Origin: a virus
Length of the DNA: 64,000 nt
Reading direction: 5' to 3' (one strand)
Virus record (IMG/VR): IMGVR_UViG_3300045988_161114
Coordinates: 120,640 to 184,639 of that record
The position numbers and the translations under genes are program-made. The notes under the pieces are model-generated. The model ran no database searches. It was not told the DNA's origin and was given only the letters and a program-made list of their open reading frames with translations. Positions 25,440-34,059 of the stretch are shown piece by piece. The stretch's first letter is position 1, and every line of letters begins with the position of its first letter.

Positions 25440-26195
25440 CGAATTTTGTGGTGACTACTTACAGAATTTAAGGTTTCAGGACATGTTTACTCCTTTATGA
25501 TTCAACCCCCCGCAGCTCTAAGGTGTTTCAACCTTAAATTGATGGTGCATACCATTGTCCTTTCTTGACAGCATAGCAATTTATATTAGTTGCTATTTGG
25601 CTCATCAGCAACGGAAAGACGGCCTGATGAAAACAAATTTATGTAGTACGTCTTACCTGTAGTATACCCTAAGACGTGCTATTAAATCAACTGTACTAGG
25701 CAAGCTAGGATGAGCTGAATGCAGTTGTAAAACCTTGGGTAGTCCTAGAAATCCAGCTATGGGTTGACCAAAAATAGCATTTATGGTAATAATGGGTCCG
25801 TCTCCTGCCCTGAGCCATACGACCAATGATATCATTAAGGCATTCGATATTATGTCGTTAAACTACTATACTTATTGCGTAGTAGAAAGAAATGCCTAGA
25901 TCGCTATAAAATGCGATCGAATCGTTAAACCTTGCCGAGGTACTATATCGGCCCTTCTAGGATGAAGAGCTACATCCTAGTATGTGTTCATTGATGTGAT
26001 AGGCCCTACCAACTTCGCCGACTCACTTATAGCTCAATCTCAGACTTGTCTGACTATTCCGTCTTTGGATTATGGACGGAAAGAGTGAGTTTACGACCGG
26101 CGATTCCGGAGTAATACCACTCTAATAATGATCCACTGAATAGCGTCGGCGCACTTTATGTGACGCCGGCGCATTCTTTATTTAATTAATTTATA
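25440..26195 (+). ncRNA. Candidate large ornate non-coding RNA #2 (family unknown)
   Basis: No credible ORF. At least 12 local helices, e.g. ttaaggtt/aaccttaa, tcatcag/ctgatga, acgtctta/taagacgt (extended by a plus-strand-only G.U pair), ctaggatg/catcctag, gatcgc/gcgatc, ttccgtc/gacggaa, actcact/agtgagt. Ends in a GC-rich hairpin followed by ATTCTTTATTT. Confidence 0.45.
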
Positions 26196-26247
26196 CAAGA
26201 TGCTATTTTATTGGTATTTTATATAAATTCTTTATTGAGGAATAATA

Positions 26248-26439
26248 ATGGTTGTATGTGTTTGTAATAATGTTAGCACCAACACGATCAATAAAGATTA
26301 TATTGATTTAAATAAAAGTGTTGATGATCTTATTATTGACACAGGTGCAACTATGTGTTGTGGAAAATGTGCTGATTATATTAATTGTATGTTTTCTGAA
26401 AAAGTTTTGTTAGTGCCATCTCTCCAACTGGACTCCTAA
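26248..26439 (+). CDS. BFD-like [2Fe-2S]-binding domain protein
   Basis: VCVCNNVS...MCCGKCADYI follows the C-x-C...C-x-x-C pattern and spacing of bacterioferritin-associated ferredoxin. Confidence 0.55.
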   Translation: MVVCVCNNVSTNTINKDYIDLNKSVDDLIIDTGATMCCGKCADYINCMFSEKVLLVPSLQLDS

Positions 26440-26534
26440 GGGTATGATGTTCTGCCCTCATATGGTATTATCATATGTTGCCTATTTTTAATAGGAAGAA
26501 CAAATTCTTTTTTAATCATTATGGAGGATTAAAG

Positions 26535-26951
26535 TTGAAGAAGAAAATACTTGCTATACTATTAGCACTACCATCTGTTAGTTTTGCCAAAGAAATTAAA
26601 TGTTTATCAGAAATGGCTTACTATGAGGCTCGCGGCGAAGGCACTCATGGTATAAAAGTTGTTACAGATGTAATGTTTAATAGAATGAAAAGCAATCAAT
26701 TCCCTGATGGAGTTTGTGCTAATTTTAGAAAAAGTGGTCAATATTCTACGGCTAAAATGGCCGGAGGAAGAAAAGACCAAGAGTTGTATAAAAAGGTTTC
26801 AGAACAAGTTGAATCTGAATATGCCAAATATCGTTTAGGTGATTGGCAAGACTCTACTAGTGGAAGTCTTTATTTTAATTCTAATGGATCACGTCCATCC
26901 AATAAAGTAAAATTTAAAGGGAAACGTGGAAGACATTTTCTTTATGGATAG
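26535..26951 (+). CDS. SleB-type cell-wall hydrolase (candidate endolysin) with signal peptide
   Basis: CLSEMAYYEARGEG..GIKVVTDVMFNRMKSNQFPDGVC is the Hydrolase_2/SleB signature. A likely TTG start at 26535 after a GGAGG RBS gives (M)KKKILAILLALPSVSFA. The track ORF starts at 26475. Confidence 0.7.
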   Translation: MKKKILAILLALPSVSFAKEIKCLSEMAYYEARGEGTHGIKVVTDVMFNRMKSNQFPDGVCANFRKSGQYSTAKMAGGRKDQELYKKVSEQVESEYAKYRLGDWQDSTSGSLYFNSNGSRPSNKVKFKGKRGRHFLYG

Positions 26952-26958
26952 TTTTAGT

Positions 26959-26993
26959 AGCCTAGCACTTATGTGTTAGGCTTTCTTGTTTTT
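26959..26993 (+). terminator. Rho-independent terminator
   Basis: agcctagcac / gtgttaggct stem (one G.T pair), then TTCTTGTTTTT. Confidence 0.65.
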
Positions 26994-27022
26994 ACAACAA
27001 TGTTCTCAGAAAGGACACAAAG

Positions 27023-30000
27023 ATGTACATTCGCTTAAAAGACATTCCAGTAATTGATGCTGATGCTACAGTTGCGGAGGTTTATGAAATTTATTCTAAA
27101 CAGTTGCCACAGGATCCAAGACTTAATTGGAAACTGTTGCAAGATCGTATTGCAATGGAAATTGTAAATGAGATTTCTGAACCGACTACAATTGAGATTC
27201 CTAAATCTTTTTATGATCTCAAATTGAATTGGCCTGAATTTTTGTTTGCAACCAAACATATTGACAGCAGTTCTGACATTGAATTGATGAGTCATCATGA
27301 ACTTATGTTTATGATGTTGTATGAACGCCTTGAATCTTTGTTCAAGTATGATCAACTCTTTACTGAATTGATTCGCAAAGACATCAATTATGTCAAGAAC
27401 CATGTATTGTATGTAACAAGTAATGCATACAATGCTGCTTTGAAAGAATCTTCTGAACTTGTTATTATTTCTCCTTATAATGAGTACAGTAAAGTTTTGA
27501 CATATTTGCATCAAGATAAAGTTATGGGCGACGCATTGCCCATGTTGTTTAATCCATCCGATCGTGCTATTAAGACTTCTGCATTATATTTTAATGTATT
27601 GCCCGGAAGTGAATCAATGCTTGCTGAATCTAATAAAATTATCATTTCTAAAAACGGTAAAGAGTTTCAGGCTCCTGGATTCCAAGTATTTAAAGATGAA
27701 AACGGTGGCTTTGTAGGTTATTCAAGTTTGTTCAAAGTTGGACAGTCTTTGCCTGCCCGTTTCAAGACTCATCTTAATGGTAATGCATTTGGTGTAAGCA
27801 ATCCTTCTAAGTTCATCTTTTTACAGGATGCAATTGAAAAGGATGGTGAATTAATCACTAAGGATAATACCTTAGTTGATGCAGTAATGGTTTATAACGA
27901 TATTGAATTGGAATCGTATCGTTTAGTAGGCGGCGAAATTGAAGTATCGCCTAAAGTAGGCAAAGAAATTGTGTTCACTCCTCGTCATATTGAAACTGAA
28001 TTTGATGAGATTGATGTAAAAGTTGGACAGACTATTTACAGCAAAGGTGGGTACATTAAAATTGGTTCACGTGGCGGTGAAGCAATTTATATCGAAATGG
28101 TAGACCATATTCAGGTTACTTCTATTGAAGAATCGGGATATAATGGGTCCGCCCGCATTGATTATATTGCCTACTATAAAGCTGGTAATGCCCGTATTAC
28201 AAGCCAAACTGGCTTGAAAGGTGTTACTAAAACTATGCGCAGTTGTGGCAAAATCAAGATTCATGAAGATGGCAAAGAAGATAAAATCATCGACGTGGAT
28301 ATTGTAGCTGGTATTAATAGCCTTAAAGGTAAAATGAATACTATTCGTCTTGCTCAAGCAGCTTTTGCATTTAAATATGGCTATTATACCAATGATAAAG
28401 ATTACCTCGACAGTCTTAATGAAGAGGAAATCAATGCCGCTGTTGCGTCATTGCCTACTGCAACTTATGAAAAACGTATTAAACGTGTTGATGGTTATGA
28501 TGATGAAATTATTGTAATTGAAAACGTTAAATACGGCCTGGTTCAGTATTCTTACACTGAATTGGGTAGCCATTTTGCTAAGATTAAGAATCAAGGCATG
28601 TCATTTAATTGTTTGAAATATATTTGTCAAACAACAGATTCATCTCTTGGACAATATATTTTAGATAATTGTATTGATAAATCTGATAAGCAAATTGTTG
28701 AAGAATTGGCAAAAATCTTGTCAGATGAAGGTCATGTATTTGAATACGCTGATAATTATCCGTCATATACATTGATTGAATTGAAGTCAATGTTTAATGA
28801 ACAGGACTTAATCTTGAGTCGTTCTGCTATTATTCCTACTAGCAGTAAATTGTTGGATCCTGAATTCAATAAAGGTTTCTATATCGACTTAAGTAAGGTT
28901 CGTTCTGGTACAAGTATTCGTGTACCATCTGCAGAGATTTTAAATAAATTCTGCGGTAAGCAAAATGATGGTCAATATGTATATCCAACTATGCTTATTG
29001 AATTGTCTAAAATCATTCGTGCAGCAATTGCTGGCCCTAGCCAGTATTTTACTATTGCGCCGCATCGTAATGAACGTAATCATAAGCGTCCTTCCGCATG
29101 GAATGGCTATTTGAATGCAATTAAATCAATGCTGTATCGTACTGAATTAGGTGGTCAAACTTATGTTAAATCACTTATTCAGCCAAGTCTCAAAGGTGTC
29201 AACCTTAAACAGGTTCATGATAAATATGTTCCTGAAGGCAAAGTCGTAATTCTTGATCGTAATATTCTTGAGAGTATTCGTGAGTATATTTATGGCAAGC
29301 CTAATAATAAGACAACTGAAGAGGCAATGCTTGACCAGTTCCGTCCATTAAATGCATTTACTTTGCGTAATCCGTTTTTATGGCGTTCACAGATGATTAT
29401 TTCCCAACTTTGGGGAATTGATGAATTCAATGATTATCTTCAGGAGAATTATGGAATGACTGTCAATGATTATCTGGATGTACAGGGAAATCTGCATTGC
29501 GCTTTGATTTCTACTGAAATTGTAAGACGTAGCCATAGCGACAATGATGGCGACTTATTGCAAATTAGTTCAATACCAGGAATTGAGCAACAAGAAATGA
29601 TGGCTCAATTCAAATTGGAATACTTTACTGAAGATCAAAAACAGTGGGATGAAGACTTCTTGTTGTCTGAGTATTCATCTATTGAAGATGTTGATTGGAG
29701 TAAAAAGTACGAATTGTATTATGTTCCAATTTATCCTAAGCATCCTGGTGATAATGCTTATATGGAATTTCTATGTTCATCAGCTATGGCTAAGAATGCA
29801 GTTGGTCCTGGTACAAATGATGCATGGGTATTTTACATGTTAGTTCAGCTGTATTATGGACTGGCGCGTGATAATGATCCTAAATCGTATGTACCTTGGG
29901 AACGTAAACGTAAAGTACAACTTCGTATTAAAGAAGAAGACTTGTTTACTTATGACCATATTTATACAATGGTTCTTGAAAATCGTGTAATTAATGCGAT

Positions 30001-30409
30001 TAAACATGTGTCAGGTGGAGCTAGCTCTCATGCTGTCTTCTACCTCAAAAACATGACAAAAGACGACAAGAGTGTTAAAAAGGTAATTAAAAGTATCGAG
30101 AATGACTTAGGTTATTCAAGAGAAGTTGCCGTTTCTATTTGTCGTATTGTAAATTGGGCAGTTAATACCAATGCACTTGAAATGTGTAATAAGTTTTTAC
30201 GCATGCACAATAAAGGTGCCCTAGTTGATCTAGGTGATGCGGATATTCAGATGTGGTTTAAACACATTGTTGATTATACGTTCTTTGGCAGTATGCTTGC
30301 ACCGATTTTTACCATTTATGGTCAAAGTCAAGGATTAATTCCTTTAGGCGAAAATGCAGAAAATAATGTGGCCGAAGTTATGGACACTTTTGACGCAATT
30401 GGTTTTTAA
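27023..30409 (+). CDS. Single-chain two-barrel RNA polymerase-like protein, paralogue 2
   Basis: 1128 aa. TSQTGLKGVTK...VDIVAGINSLKGKMNTIRLAQ resembles beta GRHGNKGVISK...VDIVLNPLGVPSRMNIGQ. About 440 aa later, LHCALISTEIVRRSHSDNDGDLLQI (DNDGD at nt 29540-29554) resembles the beta-prime NADFDGD loop. Confidence 0.75.
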   Translation: MYIRLKDIPVIDADATVAEVYEIYSKQLPQDPRLNWKLLQDRIAMEIVNEISEPTTIEIPKSFYDLKLNWPEFLFATKHIDSSSDIELMSHHELMFMMLYERLESLFKYDQLFTELIRKDINYVKNHVLYVTSNAYNAALKESSELVIISPYNEYSKVLTYLHQDKVMGDALPMLFNPSDRAIKTSALYFNVLPGSESMLAESNKIIISKNGKEFQAPGFQVFKDENGGFVGYSSLFKVGQSLPARFKTHLNGNAFGVSNPSKFIFLQDAIEKDGELITKDNTLVDAVMVYNDIELESYRLVGGEIEVSPKVGKEIVFTPRHIETEFDEIDVKVGQTIYSKGGYIKIGSRGGEAIYIEMVDHIQVTSIEESGYNGSARIDYIAYYKAGNARITSQTGLKGVTKTMRSCGKIKIHEDGKEDKIIDVDIVAGINSLKGKMNTIRLAQAAFAFKYGYYTNDKDYLDSLNEEEINAAVASLPTATYEKRIKRVDGYDDEIIVIENVKYGLVQYSYTELGSHFAKIKNQGMSFNCLKYICQTTDSSLGQYILDNCIDKSDKQIVEELAKILSDEGHVFEYADNYPSYTLIELKSMFNEQDLILSRSAIIPTSSKLLDPEFNKGFYIDLSKVRSGTSIRVPSAEILNKFCGKQNDGQYVYPTMLIELSKIIRAAIAGPSQYFTIAPHRNERNHKRPSAWNGYLNAIKSMLYRTELGGQTYVKSLIQPSLKGVNLKQVHDKYVPEGKVVILDRNILESIREYIYGKPNNKTTEEAMLDQFRPLNAFTLRNPFLWRSQMIISQLWGIDEFNDYLQENYGMTVNDYLDVQGNLHCALISTEIVRRSHSDNDGDLLQISSIPGIEQQEMMAQFKLEYFTEDQKQWDEDFLLSEYSSIEDVDWSKKYELYYVPIYPKHPGDNAYMEFLCSSAMAKNAVGPGTNDAWVFYMLVQLYYGLARDNDPKSYVPWERKRKVQLRIKEEDLFTYDHIYTMVLENRVINAIKHVSGGASSHAVFYLKNMTKDDKSVKKVIKSIENDLGYSREVAVSICRIVNWAVNTNALEMCNKFLRMHNKGALVDLGDADIQMWFKHIVDYTFFGSMLAPIFTIYGQSQGLIPLGENAENNVAEVMDTFDAIGF

Positions 30410-30419
30410 AGCATAAGAA

Positions 30420-30458
30420 AGAGAGGCACGAAAGTGTCTCTCTTTTTATTTTTTTATT
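30420..30458 (+). terminator. Rho-independent terminator
   Basis: agagaggcac / gtgtctctct stem, GAAA loop, then T-run. Confidence 0.8.
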
Positions 30459-30474
30459 TTTAAAGGGAGACATT

Positions 30475-30717
30475 ATGTCAATTGTTTTTAATAAGTTGGA
30501 TGTCGTTGCTACTGGTGAAAAACCATTGCAGATTATAACAGATACTGAATTTAATTCAGAAATGGGAACTTGTTGTAGATGTCAAAAGGTTAAACCTTTA
30601 TATGGTTTACCGTTTAATCGTTATGGTAGGAAATTTATTTGCTCCCAATGTTTGATTGAATTTCAGCAATCCCGACTTCCGTTTTTAAAACTTATGCCTG
30701 TTAATTTAGGCGCATAG
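30475..30717 (+). CDS. Zinc-ribbon-like small protein
   Basis: CCRCQK...20 aa...CSQC. Confidence 0.6.
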   Translation: MSIVFNKLDVVATGEKPLQIITDTEFNSEMGTCCRCQKVKPLYGLPFNRYGRKFICSQCLIEFQQSRLPFLKLMPVNLGA

Positions 30718-30739
30718 GTTTTATTTAGAAAGGTTTGGT

Positions 30740-31132
30740 ATGGAACTTAGTCGTAAAAATTTAATTTATCGTTTTGTAAATTTGTATACAGAGCCTAATG
30801 AAAATTTCTGTATATTTGCACGTCAATTTTTTATTGGTATATTTTTAATTCTTGTCCTTATAGCAGGAACTGCTGGAACTTTTGCATTTGCATATTTTAA
30901 TGTAAATGCCATATCAGGATTCTTGTACTTTTTGAAATTCTTTTCAGTAATATCAACATTGATCATACTTGTATTGGTTGTTATGTCTGTTTTATTTTTA
31001 GCTCTATATGTTTTGGCAGAAGGTAAAAATAAAATGGAAGAAACAGAATTTTATAAGGGAATGTTATCAAAGATGACTCCCATTAAAAATAAGTACAGCA
31101 AATTATGTTGCAAAATCAAGTTTAAAGATTAA
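30740..31132 (+). CDS. Membrane protein
   Basis: 130 aa with three TM segments. Confidence 0.65.
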   Translation: MELSRKNLIYRFVNLYTEPNENFCIFARQFFIGIFLILVLIAGTAGTFAFAYFNVNAISGFLYFLKFFSVISTLIILVLVVMSVLFLALYVLAEGKNKMEETEFYKGMLSKMTPIKNKYSKLCCKIKFKD

Positions 31133-31137
31133 TATAA

Positions 31138-31170
31138 AGGACCAGATATTTACTGGTCCTTCTTTTATTT
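31138..31170 (+). terminator. Rho-independent terminator
   Basis: aggaccag / ctggtcct stem, then TCTTTTATTT. Confidence 0.7.
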
Positions 31171-31182
31171 CTAGGCACTAAA

Positions 31183-31713
31183 ATGTATAAAGAGATTATT
31201 GTTTACAAAGATTGTAGTTTTGAATTGAAAATAAATGGCAACATTGTATATTCTATGTTTATAAAAGATAAAAATGCAATGACCAGGACATATAGAGTTC
31301 TTGCTCCGCATGTTGATCGCATATGCAATATTTTGCTTTCATCAAATCTTAATGCACCATTATTTAATATAAAGATTGATATGTTGCAACAAAGTAATAC
31401 TACTGGATTAAAAGAATATTGTATTACCTTTAATTATCAAGATAAGAATTTAATCAATAAAGGGTATGGTAATCATCCGGATATTTTACTTGGTCCTCAA
31501 TATTTCAGAGTAAAATCTGTTACTTGCCCAGAATTAAAAGCAGGTGAAGGAATTTTGTTTACTTTAGGTGATAGGCTTAATCATAATTCTACAAAGTGTG
31601 TTATTCAACATGTTGCTACACAAGAAAAGCTATTCAGAACTGTAAAACGTCTTAATGAGACACCTGCTATTGAAATTATATTTAATCATTTGCAATATTA
31701 TTCATTTGGATGA
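31183..31713 (+). CDS. Paralogue-array protein 1 of 4
   Basis: 176 aa. Shares the N-terminal beta-like motif (I/V)VYK(D)..F.(L/I)..NG..(I/V)YS and the mid-protein V.CPE motif with the next three ORFs. Confidence 0.7.
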   Translation: MYKEIIVYKDCSFELKINGNIVYSMFIKDKNAMTRTYRVLAPHVDRICNILLSSNLNAPLFNIKIDMLQQSNTTGLKEYCITFNYQDKNLINKGYGNHPDILLGPQYFRVKSVTCPELKAGEGILFTLGDRLNHNSTKCVIQHVATQEKLFRTVKRLNETPAIEIIFNHLQYYSFG

Positions 31714-31719
31714 TAAGGT

Positions 31720-32247
31720 ATGTTTGAAATAGTATATGAAGAAAATAAATATTTTGCTATAGAAAATAATTATAAAGTAATATATACATATCCTTCTAAT
31801 ATTAAAAATGAAGATATGGATATATCAAAACAGTATTTATATAGATTGAAATACGGTCTTGATAATACTGAAGAATTGTCTTCTATTTTTTTAAAAATTG
31901 ATTCAAATAAACCATTTTTACAATCTCTTCATTCAATTGATGGCGATCATATTAGTTTTCAAATTTTAAAGCAAAATGATTTTATTAGAGGTAGTTTTCT
32001 TTTGCCTATTTTTATAGGTAAAGAAAGATACGAAAAAATAAGTGTAGAAAGTGTTGCATGCCCTGATGTTAGTTTTAACAATATATATTTGCGTGGAACT
32101 AGCATAGATAGAGATAGAGTTAAGATATATAAAAAGATTAACCCTATTCAGGCAAAAATTGTAATGAAAATACTTGACGATTTAAATACAAAAAGTGTTC
32201 ATCAGGTTTTCTTAGACTCATTAAGCGGAATGTATAAAAAGCTTTAA
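31720..32247 (+). CDS. Paralogue-array protein 2 of 4
   Basis: 175 aa. MFEIVYEENKYFAIENNYKVIYTYPS...VESVACPDV. Confidence 0.7.
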   Translation: MFEIVYEENKYFAIENNYKVIYTYPSNIKNEDMDISKQYLYRLKYGLDNTEELSSIFLKIDSNKPFLQSLHSIDGDHISFQILKQNDFIRGSFLLPIFIGKERYEKISVESVACPDVSFNNIYLRGTSIDRDRVKIYKKINPIQAKIVMKILDDLNTKSVHQVFLDSLSGMYKKL

Positions 32248-32258
32248 GGGAGACTATT

Positions 32259-32825
32259 GTGAGATTAGATATATTTTATAAAAAGGATAAATTCTTTTTT
32301 ATAACACGAGATAAAGATATTATTTATATCTATCCTAGTGATTATATTTTGACTAAACAAGATGTAGATACATCTATTCGGGTTTATAAAAACTATAATA
32401 CGAGTGGCGACTTTTATGAATATGAAAATTTTATTAAAGCGATTTTATTTTGGGATAACAATAAGAAGACTTTAGTTTCTAAACAATCATTTTATAAAAA
32501 TAAAGATGATAAAAGTGATATAATTGAATTTGAATTAATCGAACAAGACTCTCTATTGTACCAATTTTATTTTTCATTTGATACCGATATTGTTGGTGTA
32601 GAACGAATTATTTTTTCTTCTAGACTACATGTGGATATATATCCTTATGCTATATTTTTAAAAGGTACAAATAGTAATAATTGTGATACGAAAGCTAAGC
32701 ATTACTTTTCTGATGAAAGATTAAAATCTGTCGCTAATGAAACGATAAGAGTTCTTGAATTAGCTAATAATCACCCTTTGCCTGAATTTGTATTTTTAAC
32801 TTTATGTAAAGAAGCTTATAAATGA
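32259..32825 (+). CDS. Paralogue-array protein 3 of 4
   Basis: 188 aa with a GTG start. MRLDIFYKKDKFFFITRDKDIIYIYPS. Confidence 0.65.
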   Translation: MRLDIFYKKDKFFFITRDKDIIYIYPSDYILTKQDVDTSIRVYKNYNTSGDFYEYENFIKAILFWDNNKKTLVSKQSFYKNKDDKSDIIEFELIEQDSLLYQFYFSFDTDIVGVERIIFSSRLHVDIYPYAIFLKGTNSNNCDTKAKHYFSDERLKSVANETIRVLELANNHPLPEFVFLTLCKEAYK

Positions 32826-33346
32826 GTTTTTCATTTTATGTAAAAAAGGATAAGGCATTTAAAGTAGCCTATAATGGTAAATTTATTTTTTCTTATTCCA
32901 AAGATGGGGTTGTAAATATTGAAGATTTTGATATGCAAATATTACCATCTTTTGGTTGGAGAGCTGTTACATTAATACAATTAGCTCTTAAAATGGGTAT
33001 AAATGAAAAGTTTATCAATATTGGTTATCAATATGATGATTATGATGAAGGGCTTAGAATAAAAATTAATTATCAAAATGAAGCTGTTCGTGGATTATTG
33101 TTTGCATGTTATTACATTGATGGTCATAAAATTTATTTAAGATCTGCAAATAATCCTGAAATTTCATTTGTTGGATATAATACTGTAGAATTTTTTGTAA
33201 GAGGAAAAGACCGATATGAAGATGATAGAGTAATCTTTTTGCCATGTTCTTGTGATAATGCAAGTAAAATAATTAAACATATTGATTTTCTTAATCATGC
33301 TACTATAGCTGAAATTTTATTAATGGATTTGTCAGCTAGATTTTAA
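32822..33346 (+). CDS. Paralogue-array protein 4 of 4
   Basis: 174 aa. MSFSFYVKKDKAFKVAYNGKFIFSYS. Overlaps the previous stop (ATGA). Confidence 0.7.
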   Translation: MSFSFYVKKDKAFKVAYNGKFIFSYSKDGVVNIEDFDMQILPSFGWRAVTLIQLALKMGINEKFINIGYQYDDYDEGLRIKINYQNEAVRGLLFACYYIDGHKIYLRSANNPEISFVGYNTVEFFVRGKDRYEDDRVIFLPCSCDNASKIIKHIDFLNHATIAEILLMDLSARF

Positions 33347-33359
33347 TAAGGATACTGTT

Positions 33360-33800
33360 ATGTCTTGTACTGTATATTTATACACAGATGGAGCATGCAA
33401 AGGCAATCCTGGTCCTGGAGGATGGGGATACCTTTTGAAATGTGGTGAAAAATCTATACATGATTCTGGTTCTGAAAAGGACACTACGAATAATCGTATG
33501 GAATTAATGGCGGTTATTAATGGCTTATCTAAGCTTAACCAATTTTGTAATGTAATCATTTCTACTGATTCCCAATATGTTAAAAACGGAATGGAAGAAT
33601 GGATACATAATTGGAAAAAGAATGGCTGGAAAGGTTCCAATAAAAAACCTGTTAAGAATGTTGATTTATGGCAAAGGCTTGATACTTTAGTTCAAAAATT
33701 TAATGTTTCTTGGGAATGGGTTAAAGGTCATTCCGGCCATACTGAAAATGAATTTGTTGATACTCTAGCTAGCAATGCAGCAGAATCAATTAAGGATTAA
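33360..33800 (+). CDS. rnhA: Ribonuclease HI
   Basis: YTDGACKGNPGPGGWGY...NNRMELMAVINGL...TDSQYV...WVKGHSGHTENEFVD is the full RNase HI signature. Confidence 0.9.
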   Translation: MSCTVYLYTDGACKGNPGPGGWGYLLKCGEKSIHDSGSEKDTTNNRMELMAVINGLSKLNQFCNVIISTDSQYVKNGMEEWIHNWKKNGWKGSNKKPVKNVDLWQRLDTLVQKFNVSWEWVKGHSGHTENEFVDTLASNAAESIKD

Positions 33801-33989
33801 TTATGTTTCGTAAATTTAAATTGTATATACTTATTAATCCTATTAATTGTATTGTTGAGTATATTAAATATTTGAAAGGTAAGTATGCGCCGAAGAATAA
33901 ATAAACATCAGTGCCAGCGTAGAAGAAATAATTGGTATATGTTGGAAAGAAAAAATAAATTGTTTTGGAAAACAAAACAATGTAGTATT

Positions 33990-34021
33990 AGCACTAAGGT
34001 TTAATACCTTAGTGCTTTTTA
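33990..34021 (+). terminator. Rho-independent terminator
   Basis: agcactaagg / ccttagtgct 10-bp stem, then TTTTT. Confidence 0.75.
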
Positions 34022-34059
34022 TGTTTGTGAATAATATTTTTTATAAGAATAATAATAAG

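Noticed and set aside
25020-25835. Three minus-strand ORFs (93, 61 and 60 aa) in the tmRNA / large-RNA island.
   Set aside because: They overlap the recognisable tmRNA 5' domain and tag frame, or the helix-dense RNA. They have no RBS and have Arg/Leu/Ser-rich junk-like sequence.
27035-29843. Antisense or alternative-frame ORFs inside the second RNAP-like gene, including a 159-aa one at 27035..27514.
   Set aside because: They are nested in the 1128-aa ORF, have low-complexity Phe/Ile/Asn-rich translations, and have no start context.
33790-33975. 61-aa minus-strand ORF between rnhA and the phosphoesterase gene.
   Set aside because: It has low-complexity sequence and lies opposite to the surrounding unidirectional block, in an AT-rich intergenic region that ends in a plus-strand terminator.
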